Shown: positions 1 through 13,502 of the stretch, piece after piece | Numbering within the stretch: the first letter of the stretch is position 1 | How the letters are laid out: every line of letters starts with the position of its first letter | Assembly (NCBI GenBank): GCA_951406725.2 | Contig: OX597816.1 | Coordinates: forward strand, 141,918,001-141,982,000 | Length of the DNA stretch: 64,000 nt | Origin: Octopus vulgaris | Lineage: Eukaryota | Direction: 5' to 3' | Notes under the pieces: model-generated | Database searches by the model: none | What the model was told of the DNA's origin: nothing | The model's input: the letters and a program-made list of their open reading frames with translations, nothing else | Position numbers and translations under genes: made by a program

Positions 1-1088
1 ATGTTAGTGATCAGATGATGAATATTCTCTTGCAGAATTTCTTGCCAAGTAGCAATCTCATAAGATCTGGCTTTGAAGATGCTTTCTTCTTCTATTTATG
101 AAGTGTTCTGTCCATTATGCCTCAGAAGTGTTCTATAGGGCTCATATCTTGTGACTGGCTTGGCCATGGAAGCTTTTTAATGCCATTCCCATCCAACAAA
201 TCTTGGATCATTTTAGCATTGTGACAAGGATCCCCATCTTTCATAAATAAAGAGTCTTCTTTAATCATTTCACCAGTGCAGGAGACTGGAAGGAGTCCTT
301 TCTGCAATATGGACACATTTATACCTGAGTTTAAGTTTCCATTACACTCCATCAGGTCTGATCAACTATTGCTCCACATTGCTCCCAGACCATCACATAA
401 TAGCTGCCATGTTGCATTGCTGGCTGCAATCTTTTTTCACATCAAATTCTTGATTACAGAGTCTCCAGACACGCACTCAACCACTGTCAGGAAATACAGC
501 AAATCTGGACTCATCAGAGAATATGACAGTGTCCCAAAATGTTAGTGGCCTCTCCACTGTCTTACTGGCCCAATCGTTTCTCCACTTGATGTTGGCTAAT
601 TGAAGGAGGGGCTTCCTTCTTGTTGCTCTGCCATAGTAATCAAGTTTGTGGAGATACCTGACAGCTGTTCCGGGACTGACATCAACTTGTTCTGTTATGT
701 CAGAGGCCTTGCAACAAGGATTATCTTCCACATTTCTCTTAGCAAAGAGAAGGAACCTGTCAGAGGACCTTGGTTGATCTGGGCAAGATGATGTGACTCC
801 CTCCCCTCTGGTGAATTGCACAATCACTCTATTAACTGTAGAAAGTGTGATCCCAAGGTTTTCTGCAATTTTATGCTGACTGTGTCCACCTTCAGAATGT
901 CCCACAATATGGCTTCTTTGAAAGTCAGACAGTTCCAAGGCTTCTTTTGTACATGGCATAATTAAACAGTCACATATAGAACTTGAAGCATAAAAATGTC
1001 AATTAATAAAAAATATAAACCTTTACAAGCTAGAATAAACATAAAATGATGTTTTATGGGATGTCTGTTAACTTCTGTCATATGTGTG
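1..1088 (-). mobile_element. Tc1-like DNA transposon (DD34E), degraded, runs off the left edge
   Basis: ORF 477..959 has an HTH region, 'RKPLL' and 'VIFSDESRF'. ORF 122..352 has 'KDGDPCH...WPSQSQDMSPIE' with 34 residues between D and E. Frameshifted. A Tc1-like terminus (CACATATGACAGAAGTT..., minus strand) lies at about 1060-1088. Confidence 0.9.
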
Positions 1089-1773
1089 TGTGTATAGATA
1101 TATACATACATACACACATACATACATGCATACATACATACATACATACATACATACATACATACATACATACATACATACATACATACATACATACGTA
1201 CATAAGTATATATAAATATATATAAGCATGAATATGTATGTTTGTGTAACAATCATTATTGCCATTTAGCATCCATACTCCCATACTGGTATGGGTTAAT
1301 TGGGTTACCAGGAGACAAAGGACCCAATCATGATCTAGTGGCTGTTTTGGCAGGTTTCCTACAGCTATATGCAGTTTCTAATGCTAGCCACTTTACAGCA
1401 TGCACTCAGGCTTCTTTTTTGTGCCACCATCACTAGTGAGGTCACCATGCAGCTTGCATGACTACGAATGCTGAAGGAGAAGCTTTGCAGAAGGAGATGG
1501 TGTAGGGATATAAAGCATAAGAGAAGGGGTCACAACAGAGTAGGTTTCTTGCTGTGGAGGAGCAACACGACAACTTACATTTTAGAAGAGAGTTTGGGAG
1601 GAATTAGGCAGAAATGGAAAGTGATAATAAAACAGTGGTGATGAAGTTTCTGAGCAGACCTTAAGTAACAAGTTGTGTAGAAATAAATGGGACAGAGGAA
1701 CCAGAAATGTGGATGGGAACAGTTTGCTAGATAATATAGTGGAATGAGAGTAATGAAAGAAATTGTCCTGATA

Positions 1774-3421
1774 TCCATATCTATAAAACAGAGGTTGTCT
1801 GTGTGTGTGTCTGTCTGTCCGGGTTCTTCTTCGAAACTAGCCAACATTTTTTTTTGAAACTTTGCATATCGGTGCACTTTTGGACAAGATGGGTCATGAC
1901 GCTATTGATTTTTCATATTGATATCGGGTTGCTCCAAAAAATCGATAAATCAATATTGATCTTTTTCAAAAGTTGTCCGATTTTGATCAAAATCAAAATA
2001 CTTATGCATTTTTATCTAAGGAGTTTAATAGGATCATTAGCTTTTTCAAATTCCGTTTCATTTGAGCATAGGATGAGAAGAACTGACTCAAAAAATGCCC
2101 TTCTGGATATAGTGCCTGAAGCTTTTATCCGATTGTGCTCAACTTCACATCCAAGGTATATTAGACTCTGACCTACAGTTTGTAAAAATTTGCATACTTT
2201 TAGGGTGATTCTTTTGTGAGGTGTAGCACATTGAAAAAATCAATAATGCTTTAGTGCCTCCACTCTTTGTCTGATTGTCTTATAGGTTTACACACATGCG
2301 CACTGTGCACCAAACATTATGTATCACTGATACAATGTTTAAATTTCTCTTATTAAAGTACTGTTTATCAACTTATTATTTGTTATTTATTACATTTGAG
2401 AACTTACAAATTTCACGAAAGATTTCCTTCAAAATTGTTACACTGAATAGATTTTTTCTGGAGATATTTCTATGTTTTTAAATTTTTCGATTCTCATGTA
2501 TTTGTGGGTCACAACTGAAAATAAAACAATTGTTTTCTAAGGTTTTTAATGCATATATCAATGTGGAATTTTTCAATTCTGTTAAATAAACCAGTCACAA
2601 GGTCAAACACTATCTGTTGCTAGTATTCTTTTGGACGAGTCAAGTTTTTCACATGGACAACTATACATTGGCTGTTCAAGAGTGGGATGCAAGGCGATTC
2701 TCTTTTCATTTGCCCGAAATGGGAGAACAAGGAATATTATGTACAAGGAGGTGCTACAACCAAGTCAAAGTGAGAAATGTACGTTTCTGTGGTTTTTTGC
2801 TAAAGAGTCTTCTCATTTCATATCTAAAACCACTACTTTTCAGGTACCTATGGCAGCAAGGGATGCACTCGATCAGTAGCCATCACATCTACAACAGCAA
2901 TGACACCAGTATCATAACAAAGTTACACAACGTGAATCCTGCACCCCTGAAGTAATCAAAGACTGATCGAGACTTACTATTGTTCAATGGAATGACAAAT
3001 AAACATTTGGTTTCTCTCCTTCCTTTAACAAAACCCTTACACTTAGGGCTTTATGGGTTGACCACTTAACTTTAAGTAGATATTCTGTAAATCTAGGAGG
3101 ACTGATCATTTACGAGCACAAAGCTATGACACCAAGAAGACTCCGATATATTCAAGACTTTGTTATAGTTACTCACTGAGCAGGAAATAATATATAAGGT
3201 CAGGTTTATAAAGTCTAGCAATGCCGAGACACACTGCAGTAATCTCATGCCTATGTTACTAATTTTAAATAATTTTCTCACTCAATTCTTAACCAAACAT
3301 TTTGGTAACATAGAAGTTATTATTACTGAATCGCATATCTTTCATTTATTTTGAAATTGAAATACCCCGGTGTTGTTTTACATTAATTGACATTACTGGG
3401 CAATGCCGGGTAAACTGTTAG
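1774..3421 (+). mobile_element. Non-autonomous Helitron retaining the C-terminus of the Pif1-like helicase
   Basis: 5' end is A|TCCATATCTATAAAAC. 3' end has the hairpin CTGGGCAATGCCGGG followed by GTTAG (degenerate CTAG). About 2590-2760 encodes 'SQGQTLSVASILLDESSFSHGQLYIGCSRVG...TRNIMYKEVL' (helicase motifs V/VI). Confidence 0.85.
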
Positions 3422-4859
3422 CGTTTCATAATTAAATTGTCTATTCATCAGTAGATAAGTATCATTCATCCTTCTGTACTGAAAGAGAACTTATAGCAAT
3501 TGCTATTTAAATCAAGCACAAACCAGAATATTGCTGTAATGGATGTAATTTGAATAATACATGTTAATCAGCACCATATCATTATCGTCATTCACTTTTC
3601 TATGTTTGCATGGATCAAACCCTCACTTGTTTCCAAGTAAAGTAATATTTCCTTATGGCAAGACATGTTTTGCATGGAAAACTGAAAACTAAAAACTTCA
3701 CCAGTATACTGATGATCATCATTAACAACCATTGTGTAATGTCTATATGAGAGAACACTCAAACACATGTACACACAGTCTTCTTTCTAGGCTTTGGTTG
3801 GCCCAGGGTTATTGTAGAAGACACTTGTTGATATGTAAAACATAGTGGATATTAGACACCAAGTACAATGGAAGACCTAGGACACTATATTCTTATCAGA
3901 CTTCTTTAATAAAGTGCAAGTTTTACTGTACATTCTACAGTAGTGATGAAAAAGTGACTAAGTATACACACTAACTGGTGTAGAAAATGAGTATATTTTG
4001 ATTTTTGAGGTAATTAACCCTGCATGGAAAATCAATATTCAATGTAAACATATTCAATGCAGTGAGTATACAAAAGTTAATAAGAAATAATTATGCAGTG
4101 CTATTATTTCTCATGTGGATGATATCTCTAAGTAAATTCTCTTGAGTAATTTATTCTTTAAAATATGTCAATTTTTTGTGCCAACTTATGTATATTAATC
4201 TACACTGCTTAGTGATTCTCTTATCATGAATTCAGTTAATATGATGAAACTTGTGCTTCATTTATAGGCACAAACATAGCTGTGCAGTTATGAAGTTCTC
4301 TTTACTATCATATGGTTTCAGGTTTAATTCCATTGCATGGCACATTGGGTAAGTGCCATCTACTATAGACCCTGACTAATCCTTGGGAAAAGATTTGGTA
4401 CATGGAAACAAAAATCAGGCTGTCACTAATGTATGTATGTATGTATGTATGTATGTATGAATGTATACGTTCATGCACATGTGTGCGTGCATGTATATGT
4501 GTATGTATGTATTACAGTTAAGACATGAAGTCTATAATACATTATCAGACCAGTCTTTGGTCTTCAAATTTCATCTGTGGTACCACTCATGTCTAAGGGC
4601 TGCTCCTTTCTCTATAAGGATCATGAAGGTGCCATGAAAATCTTTTTTAAAATCCCTCAGTTATTAATGAAAATGTCTGCCTGAACAGGATTTTATCCTT
4701 GAAATAATAGACCATTCCTCTATCAGTGAGATGAAAACAAAAAATGGTTAAAGTAATTAATAGTGGGAAGGCATTGGGTCTGACAGTATTCCCTTTAAAG
4801 TCCTCCTCCACAGAAGTGACAGGCTTGTTGTAGAGATTCACCATCTAATATCAGATTTC

Positions 4860-6070
4860 TTACCAGGTTCTCCTGTACCCCAGGACTGGGGTGATTTTAT
4901 TTTAATCTCATTGTTCAAAGGAAAACAACCAAAATCTGTGTGTGAAAACTACAGAGGAATAAGCCTACAAAACTTTTATTAATTAGCTTACAAAGTGGGT
5001 ATACTCTTCTGTTATCCCAGAAAGTTGATATTGTTTTATATCAGGTCTTAGTACAATGGACATAATATTTTCTGTTCATAAATTTCAGGAGAAATGCATT
5101 AAACTTCGCAGAGCTTTTCCCAGGTCTTTGCTGATTGAACAAAAGCCTTTGACATTGTTAATAGGCTGCTCTCTAGACCATTCTTGGTAAACTTGGATAT
5201 CTACTTCAGTTTGTCAAATTGTTTGAGCAACTTAATTGTGACATAAGCTCACTTTAGCTTCAATGGTTCACTCTTGGAACCAATTACCATTGATAATGGG
5301 GTTAAACAATAGGATGCTCCTACCGCAACAATATTTTCCACATATTTTGCCTTAACTGTCTCCTACACTTTCCAGGACTGTGACATCAGCATCACTTCAG
5401 AACCACAGATATTGTTTTTGACATTACACACTTAAATGCAAGAAACTTTCCAGACACTTATTTGTAAGCTCCTTTATATCGATGATATAGTTCTCATTGC
5501 TCCCTCCAAAGAAGATATGCAGGCTACAATGAATCTCTTCTCTAGAGCATGCTGTGCTTTTGGACTTACCATCAGTCTGAAGAAGAATAAAGTCATGTTC
5601 TCGCTGCCTCTTAGGCAGCCCTATGTCAAAACTAACACCTTCATCCAGGGTACGCATATACGATTGAATGTGGTCAACTGTTTTGCTATCTTGGCAGCAC
5701 TCTTTTAAGAGTTGGATCCCTTGATTTTGAAATAAGTCGGAGGCTTGAAAAAAGCCAGCCAACTTTTGGATGACTAAAAAAATCACATGTGGTCAGTCAG
5801 AAACATCAACGCCAAAACTAAGCTCAGCATCTTTGAATGATGCATCTTAACTGCTCATCTGAGGCTAAGACTATATTATCGTTGTCACATCAAAGCCTTG
5901 GAAAGATTCTATCAAACTTGCCATAGGAGGATCTTAAACATTATACAATAGTCTCTAATACCAGACATCACTATTCTCCAATGAACCAATACATTCAGTA
6001 TTGAAATGTTCCTCAGATTTAATCAGTGGCACTTGGTTGAGCTCCTTACTAGGATGGAGGGTGTCATGTT
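4860..6070 (+). mobile_element. RTE-BovB-like LINE, degraded RT fragment
   Basis: Remnants of 'LFKGK..CENYRGISL', 'GVKQ', and 'LLYIDDIVLIA...MQ...FSRACCAFGLTISLKKNKVM' (ORF 5436..5708). Many stops and frameshifts. Confidence 0.85.
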
Positions 6071-6124
6071 GAAACAAGAATTCATAAACAGGGCATGTAT
6101 ATTTGCATGAATATATACATAAGT

Positions 6125-6440
6125 AAGTATTCACCAATATTTAAACTTAAAGATATATATAAGAAACTAACTTTGGTTATTTTCATATCTACTGTGATCT
6201 TCTAGTATACCTCTTTAAATATGCTAATTAATTTTTTCCTAAAAGTATCTGTTTTATAACCATTCATACTTTACAAAATTGTTCTCCATCACAATTCTAA
6301 GGACCAAATTCTGTGGAATGGAATCTCTTTTGAACCAAGTCTAATATATACAATTTTATTAATATTCACAAACCTTAGACAACTCATACAACTCTGTGGT
6401 TACATAAAATAATTCCTTTCCAATGACTTTAACCTAAAAA
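6125..6440 (-). mobile_element. Penelope-like element RT fragment (decayed)
   Basis: Minus-strand reading 'NGYKTDTFRKKLISIFKEV...ITVDMKITKVSFLYISLSLNIGEY' resembles the PLE RT region after the catalytic DD. Confidence 0.6.
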
Positions 6441-6459
6441 GAATTATCATAAAATAGAA

Positions 6460-6820
6460 AAGATATACAAGAGTTTTATTAGCAATTTGGACATTTATAG
6501 TATTATGCAAACTAGAAAATCTCTGCTATTTTACGATAATTATTTTTTGGTTAAACGTAGTGGAGAGGAATTGTTTGATGTACCCATGGGATAGTACAAT
6601 GGTTTGTATTAGAATCATGGTGGCATTTATTCTGCTCTGTAGAGTTTGATCTGATCACAGACTACTCAATTTGCAAAATATAAAGCGGCTATAGAAAAAG
6701 TGCTGTTATGGAGAAGTTTATCAACTTTTTCAAAGAGTTAAAGATGATAGCAGATATAAATCTAATTATAGTTGATTTCTTTGATATGACTGTAGATTTA
6801 GGTACTGGTTAGCACAACTC
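6460..6820 (+). mobile_element. Penelope-like element RT fragment (decayed)
   Basis: 'TRKSLLFY...', 'VKRSGEELFDVPMG*Y' and 'ADINLIIVDF..DMTVDLGTG' match PLE RT motifs. Confidence 0.7.
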
Positions 6821-7299
6821 TTGTAGCACATCATTGTCATCATCATCATTGTTTTAATATCTAATTTTCCATTCTGACAATGGGTTGAACAGAATTTGTT
6901 GGAGTGGGTTTTCTACAGCCATCTGACCTTCCTGTTGCTAACCCTTAGCCTGTTCTTCAAGTAAGCTAAAAGTTACCCATGATCAGGCATGTTTCCATGA
7001 AAGATAGGAACATCATTCACATAATGGTGACACTCATTTACAAATCAGACACCATGTCAAGGCAAAATATACACAAACACACATGTGCATACACTCACAC
7101 ACATGTGCACACACACACACACACACACATGTGCACACACACACACACACACATACATGACATACTTCTTTCAGTTTCTGCCAACCAAATCCACTCACAG
7201 GCCTTTGGTTGGCTATAGTAAATGACACTATGCAAAATTGCAATATATTTATATAAGTGACAATCATCACAATATAATCCTTAGAAACTTATTTAAAAC

Positions 7300-7700
7300 C
7301 CTTACTAAGTGCATAAGCAGTTCATCCTCTGATGAGTAATCATTTAACCATGATGCTCATTATTACAATGATACATTAAAAAATAGAAACTTCAGAAATA
7401 GGAATGATTCATAATATCAAAGATAGGAAATAAAATATCATATGCTATAATATTTCCTATTGTTTAATTTTCATTCCAATGTTTCAGGGTTTTCTTAAAC
7501 CTTATAAATATTTCCATGTAATCCATTGGATATCATAAGATATTTAATAAAAATAGCATTAAGGTGAACTGCTGTTGCACCAAACATGTTGCTTCCATAT
7601 CCAGTATAAATAGAAGAATCCTCTCTTGTACGAACTTATATGAACTTGCAACACTTTTTTCTTAAAGTAGTTTCAAGAACCTTAATATCTGCCAGCTCAA
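7300..7700 (-). mobile_element. Possible highly decayed PLE GIY-YIG endonuclease fragment
   Basis: 'SSIYTGY.SN.F....H' and downstream spacing loosely parallel the GIY-YIG at 32960-33410. Adjacent to the PLE RT fragments. Confidence 0.3.
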
Positions 7701-8389
7701 TGGTATATGCATTAAGGTAAGTTTCTCAAAAAGATCCCCAACCACTTCAATATTTCCTAAAATATATCTAAGGTTTAAATGATGATAATATTAACTGTTA
7801 TAAAATCGATTCTTTCTTTAAAGAACAAGTGTCCTCTTATGCAAATAAGCTCCAGAAGGTATGATGTTTGTATCGTGAAAAAGTATAACTTTCTATTGCA
7901 GCCTTTTGCTATTGAGATCTTAATTGAAAAAATTCCTGAAGACATGTCCATCGCATTATATTGAAGTATTTCTAGCTATTAACTGACTAAAATAGTTTAT
8001 TGCCTACATAACAGAATGACCTACACTGGAAAATAAGATGCTCAACTATTCACCATTTATTCATCAGCTCTACAATTTCATTAACAATAGCAGCCAACTT
8101 TCTTATACGTGTTTAACATGTATGATACTAAAAACAGAAATATTACGTTTTATATGTGAACAGATAAGAAAATATCGCATGTTCTGCTAAAAACAATTGA
8201 ATATGTGAATATATGATACAGTTACTAATCACTTTTTTCAATAATTAATGAAATATAGGTACACTCTTGACTAATTATATTTTCATATGTTTGTAAATAA
8301 TTTTGCTTACAAATTTAACTCTACAGTTATTTTTACATAAATGGTACCATGTAATTCAAAGTTATGATTCTAGAAGCTTCACTTTCTTA

Positions 8390-8540
8390 TAATAATAATG
8401 ATGATGATGATGATGACGACGACGACGAGGAGGAGGAGGAGAAGAAGAAGAAGAAGAAGAAGAAGAAGAAGAAGAAGAAGAAGAAGAAGAAGAAGAAGAA
8501 GAAGAAGAAGAAGAAGAAGAAGAAGAAGAAGAAGAAGAAA
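8390..8540. repeat. Compound trinucleotide microsatellite (AAT)(GAT)(GAC)(GAG)(AAG)n
   Basis: Seen directly. Adjacent motifs differ by one base. Confidence 0.95.
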
Positions 8541-8935
8541 CTTGCATGATAATCAACATAGTATGTTCCAGTGAAGACAGGATCAAAGAGAAAGAAGGAA
8601 AGCTAAACTTCTATGATGATTTGAAGTGGAAAATACATAGGTTGTGGGCAATGAAGAGAGTGGACATAACACCTGTAGTAATTGGTGCACTTGGAGATAT
8701 CAGCATTCAAAGTATCAGCACTCAGCTACCAACATGGCTCAAAAAGATTGGTGCAAATGTAAAGATAGAACTCCTACGAAAATCTTCACTGCTTGGAACT
8801 GCAAGAGTTCTCTATAGGGTTCTTGAAGCATGATCAGTAAACAAGTGTCAATATTTTGTCTGCTGGCTGCAGGCAGCTGACACTTTCCATCATACCTAGC
8901 AAAATAAGCTGAGAGTTTTCATCAAATAATAATGA
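8541..8935 (+). mobile_element. R4/Dong-type LINE 3' end (restriction-like endonuclease)
   Basis: ORF 8546..8833 'EKEGKLNFYDDLKWKIHRLWAM...PVVIGALG...LLGTARVLYRVL', then a short UTR and an (AAT)n tail. Confidence 0.85.
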
Positions 8936-9420
8936 TTGTAAGTTTCAGCCCAAGAACAGCACTTTCAGGGGAAGGGATTACATGGACCTTGAAAATATGA
9001 AAGGCGAAGTCAGCCTTGGCAGAACTTCAACTTGGATTGTAAAGATGGATGAAATGCCACTAAGCATTTTGTCTGGCATGCAAGTGGTCCTACCAGGTCA
9101 CTGTCTTTTTCCTTTCTTTCTTAAACAACAACAACTACTAAATTTACAAGGATTGAAATTTCGGCAGAAGGAACAAGTCAGCTACATTGATTTCATTGCT
9201 CAACTGGTATTTTATTTTATTGACCCTGGAAGGATGAAAAGCAAAGTTGTCCTTGACAGAATTTGAACCCAGAACATAAAGATAGATGACATGCTGCTAA
9301 GCATTAGTTAAATATATATATATATATAGTTGAAATTTATGGAAACTCGAAAGACAAAGACAGGTGTATGCACAACATGCAAGTGTATTAGTTTGACACT
9401 TGGGGAAAAATAAAAAAGTC

Positions 9421-9455
9421 TTTTATGTTTCAAGCCTACGCTCTTCAACAGAAAG
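9421..9455 (-). ncRNA. Minimal hammerhead-like motif (variant core) in a short (TA)n-flanked element
   Basis: Minus strand reads CTTT CTGTTGA A GAGC gtag GCTT GAAA CATA AAAG. Stem I is CTTT/AAAG and stem II is GAGC/GCTT. Confidence 0.5.
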
Positions 9456-9519
9456 GAATAAGTGAAAATAAACAGAGAGAATGAAAGAACTTGTATATTT
9501 CAGTGGCCCCACATGGAGA

Positions 9520-9599
<80 letters not shown>

Positions 9600-9694
9600 T
9601 CTTACAACCAGCATTGAGATGAGAGAGAGACAATATGCATTCTATACTCTTTGTGTGAAAGATTCTAAATGTTAATTGTAATTTTAATTTTTAA

Positions 9695-9777
9695 TTCACC
9701 TGAAGAAAACGTCTTTTTTACATGATATAATTGATTTGTCCATCAATAAAAATCAAATCTGAAACAGCTGTAGTGAA
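9695..9777 (+). ncRNA. Type I hammerhead ribozyme, intact core
   Basis: TTCAC CTGAAGA ... GATTTG/CAAATC ... GAAA CAGCTG TA GTGAA. Perfect 5-bp stem I, palindromic stem III and a GUA triplet. Confidence 0.75.
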
Positions 9778-10782
9778 CCTCAGCCCATTTGTGTTATAAT
9801 ATATATATACAAATATACATACACACTCTCACCCACACACGTACACACACACATATTTATTTACATACAAACACACAAGGATGTACATATAAACCTCTGT
9901 ATATGATACAGGCTGTGAAAGTAAAAATATCACAACACAACTCAAAGTATCACGCCACTTTTTCATTCAATGTATTCTTTAAAAACGGTTGCTTGTCATC
10001 ATTGAAAACCAGCTATCCAATGGAGTGTCAAAATGGATCACAGCTTGCATTTCAGATCCAATAATATCAAGGAAATAGGTTCATGTAAATAGATCCAAAG
10101 CTGATGTTTTATAGTTTTACTACTTTATAGTGTTATATTTATATATTTTTATATCTATCAGCGATTTTTCAAAACTTCTCTATATTCACATTAATTCCAG
10201 TAGGATTTTATTCCATGTCATAACTGACTCACTTTTAAAGATGCATACATACATATATATATATACATATATATATATACACATACAAACATACATATAT
10301 ACATACATACATACATACATACATACATACGTACATACATATACATACATACATGCATACATACATATATTCATACATACGTACGTACATACATACATAC
10401 ATTCATACATACATACATACATACATACATACATACATACATACATACATACATACATACATACATACATACATACATGTGTGTGTGTGTATTACTGGAT
10501 TATTTTTGTCATTTTATTCGGCAATGTCATGTCAATAAGAAGAAGCAGAAAACATGTTTATTTAAGGAATTCTAGGACTGGCCTCTGAAGAAAATTTAGA
10601 GTTTGTTGATGGTGGTAGATTCTTTTTCCATTTTATTTCTTTATAGCATGGTTGAAAAGGTCAGCATATCTTTCTTCTTTGTAAGTAGCATCTATATGTA
10701 AGAAGTATATTTACATGTGAATAAATACATGCATATGAATATACGCATTCAATAAACACACAAACATATTCACACATATATA

Positions 10783-10896
<114 letters not shown>

Positions 10897-11410
10897 AAAA
10901 CATGAATATATATATATACATATAACTATATATATATATACACACACACACACATGTATATATATATATATTTATATGTGTATATGTGTATATATATATA
11001 AATGTATATATATATGCATATATATGAATATATGAAAGCATATGTACATTCACCTCTCACACTATCTATCTAGCTAGCTATCTGCCTGTCCAGATCAAAT
11101 ACACAGACACGCACATACATACATACATGCATGCCTGTATGAATGCATGCATGCACACAAAAACATGTATGTATTCGTATGTGTTTGTGTGTGTGTGTGC
11201 ATGTGCATGCATATTTGTTTATGCATGTGTGTTTGCTTTGATAGCGAGCTCACTAATACATTGGATAGGCACAGAGAGAAGGAGAAAGAGGGAGAGGAGA
11301 GGGGGGAGGTGAAGGGAGAGAGGAGAGGGGAGAGAGAGGGAGTGAGCTGAGAGAGAGGGAGAGAGGCTGAGAGAGAGGCTGAGAGAGAGGGAAATAGGCT
11401 GAGAAAGAGG

Positions 11411-11486
<76 letters not shown>

Positions 11487-12170
11487 TGCTTGTTGAACTG
11501 CGAATAAAAGGGGGAAAAAGATTCAGAAGAAAAGTTTATTCATTCGTTCATTCATTCAAAGAAGAGGCTTCACTTCACCACAATTCCAAACTTCTTCCAA
11601 CGAAGTTCTTAAATGTAACCAACATAAGGTAATATATACAATTCTGAAACCAATATTACCTGAAGTTGGCTATGTCAGGAGAAATGTTCAGTCATTCAGG
11701 CTAGAGATATTTCTGTTTCAAGTTTCCACTAGAGTAGAAGTGTCATATGCGAATGCTCACAGTAGACATAATTCAAGGCTTCCTTTTATCATCATTTTTA
11801 CTTTGAATACCACCTCAGGAGAAAGATCAGGTTTGTTTCTTCTTTTCTGTTTTATTTTTTTTTTTTTTTTGTGAACCAACATTGGAGCCTCTTCATGGTT
11901 TTGTTTAATATTCTACAGATAGTAGTCAAATTTCTTTCAAATTAGACCCTACTCTCATAAAATAATATAGAAAGGATAGATTGGTAAATGTAGTCCTAGT
12001 TTTAGAAAATAAAAATGGAACAGCTGGAATGTCTTTGATCATCAACATGCTTCACCAGATGTTTTCAGATTCAGTCCCATTGCATGGTACCCTGGGAAAG
12101 TGTCTTCTGCTATAACCCAAGGCCAACCAAAGCATTATATATTTGCAGACCTTATGGCATACTCCTTATA

Positions 12171-12206
<36 letters not shown>

Positions 12207-12644
12207 CGGGAAGCTTTATGAAAATAGACAAAAGATGAAGGCAGGTTTACGGAAATAAACAAAAGATGAATATTATAAGGAGTATGCCATAAGGTCTGCA
12301 AATATAACAGAGGCCTCAAAAGACATTTTAAGATCCCCAAAGATCAGAACTTAACTGCAGCTCTTGGTGGTCCAAATCAGATATGCAAACTACATGGGTT
12401 TATTTTCAATATATATTGTCTGGTTTAAAAAGCCATATCAGATGCCATGAGGGGTCTAACGTGTAGGTACAAGAGGTGGTTGGATTCTGCATAAGGAGTA
12501 GACAACCACCATATATATATTATATCTTACTGTGATATATATATATATATAAAGTTAATCCAAACAAGAAAGCACAAAAAAAACACAACAACGCGAGGAC
12601 GTGGAACAAATATAGTATTATTGGATGCTCAGGAAAGAAGGAGG

Positions 12645-12679
12645 GTTTAATGTTTCAAGCGGAGCTCTTTGTCGGAAAC
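12645..12679 (-). ncRNA. Minimal hammerhead-like motif (decayed)
   Basis: Minus strand reads GTTT CCGACAA A GAGC tcc GCTT GAAA CATT AAAC. Same layout as 9421-9455. Lies in a short element (about 12550-12770) flanked by TA repeats. Confidence 0.45.
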
Positions 12680-12842
12680 ATAGAAGAAGGAAAAATCCAG
12701 AGAAGGGAAGATTGAGGAAAAAAAAAATCGCCAACGGTACACACAAGGTCACATTTTGAAAGGTCACATATATATATATGGCCACAGCTCAATGAGCTGA
12801 AACTAAAATCAATCAATCAATATATATATATATATAGATAGA

Positions 12843-12996
<154 letters not shown>

Positions 12997-13108
12997 TGTG
13001 GGGAGCAAGAGAGAAAGAGACAGTGACAAGCAAGAGCGGGCTGGGTTGGTGTCTGATATGAAAAAGTGTTCAATAATGGTATAGGATGATATTGAAAATA
13101 TGAAGTGG

Positions 13109-13164
13109 GTGACCTGTGAAGGTACCTCTTCTCCTTGGAGGTACCTTCAGGAAACTGGTTGCAC
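13109..13164 (+). ncRNA. Degenerate hammerhead-like motif
   Basis: GTGAC CTG-TGA, stem AGGTACCTC/GAGGTACCT, then GAAA CTGGTT GCAC. Confidence 0.4.
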
Positions 13165-13469
13165 AAAATTGTAAGGGATTAAATATGTGCATCTCTGCTC
13201 TCATGTAATTATAATTACAGCAGCTGAGATAGTACTGTAGTTAGAAGAATGATGGAGGGGTAGGGGTTGTGAAAAAGGGATAGGGGAAGATGGTTGTGGG
13301 GTGAATTTGGATGTGGAGACATGGACAATATATAAATTCTATCTGTCTGTCTATCTATCTATTTAGCTAGCTAACTAGCTTGCAATCTATCTATCTAGCT
13401 AGCTAGCTATCTCTCTATACATGCATGTATGCATGCATACATACATACATACATACATACATACATACA

Positions 13470-13502
<33 letters not shown>

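Noticed and set aside
7325-7395. CTGATGAG followed by a hairpin
   Set aside because: No correctly placed GAAA or stem III.
10578-10665. CTGAAGA...GAAA with TGGCCT/AGGTCA flanks
   Set aside because: No stem III or cleavage triplet and no convincing stem II. At best a deleted remnant.
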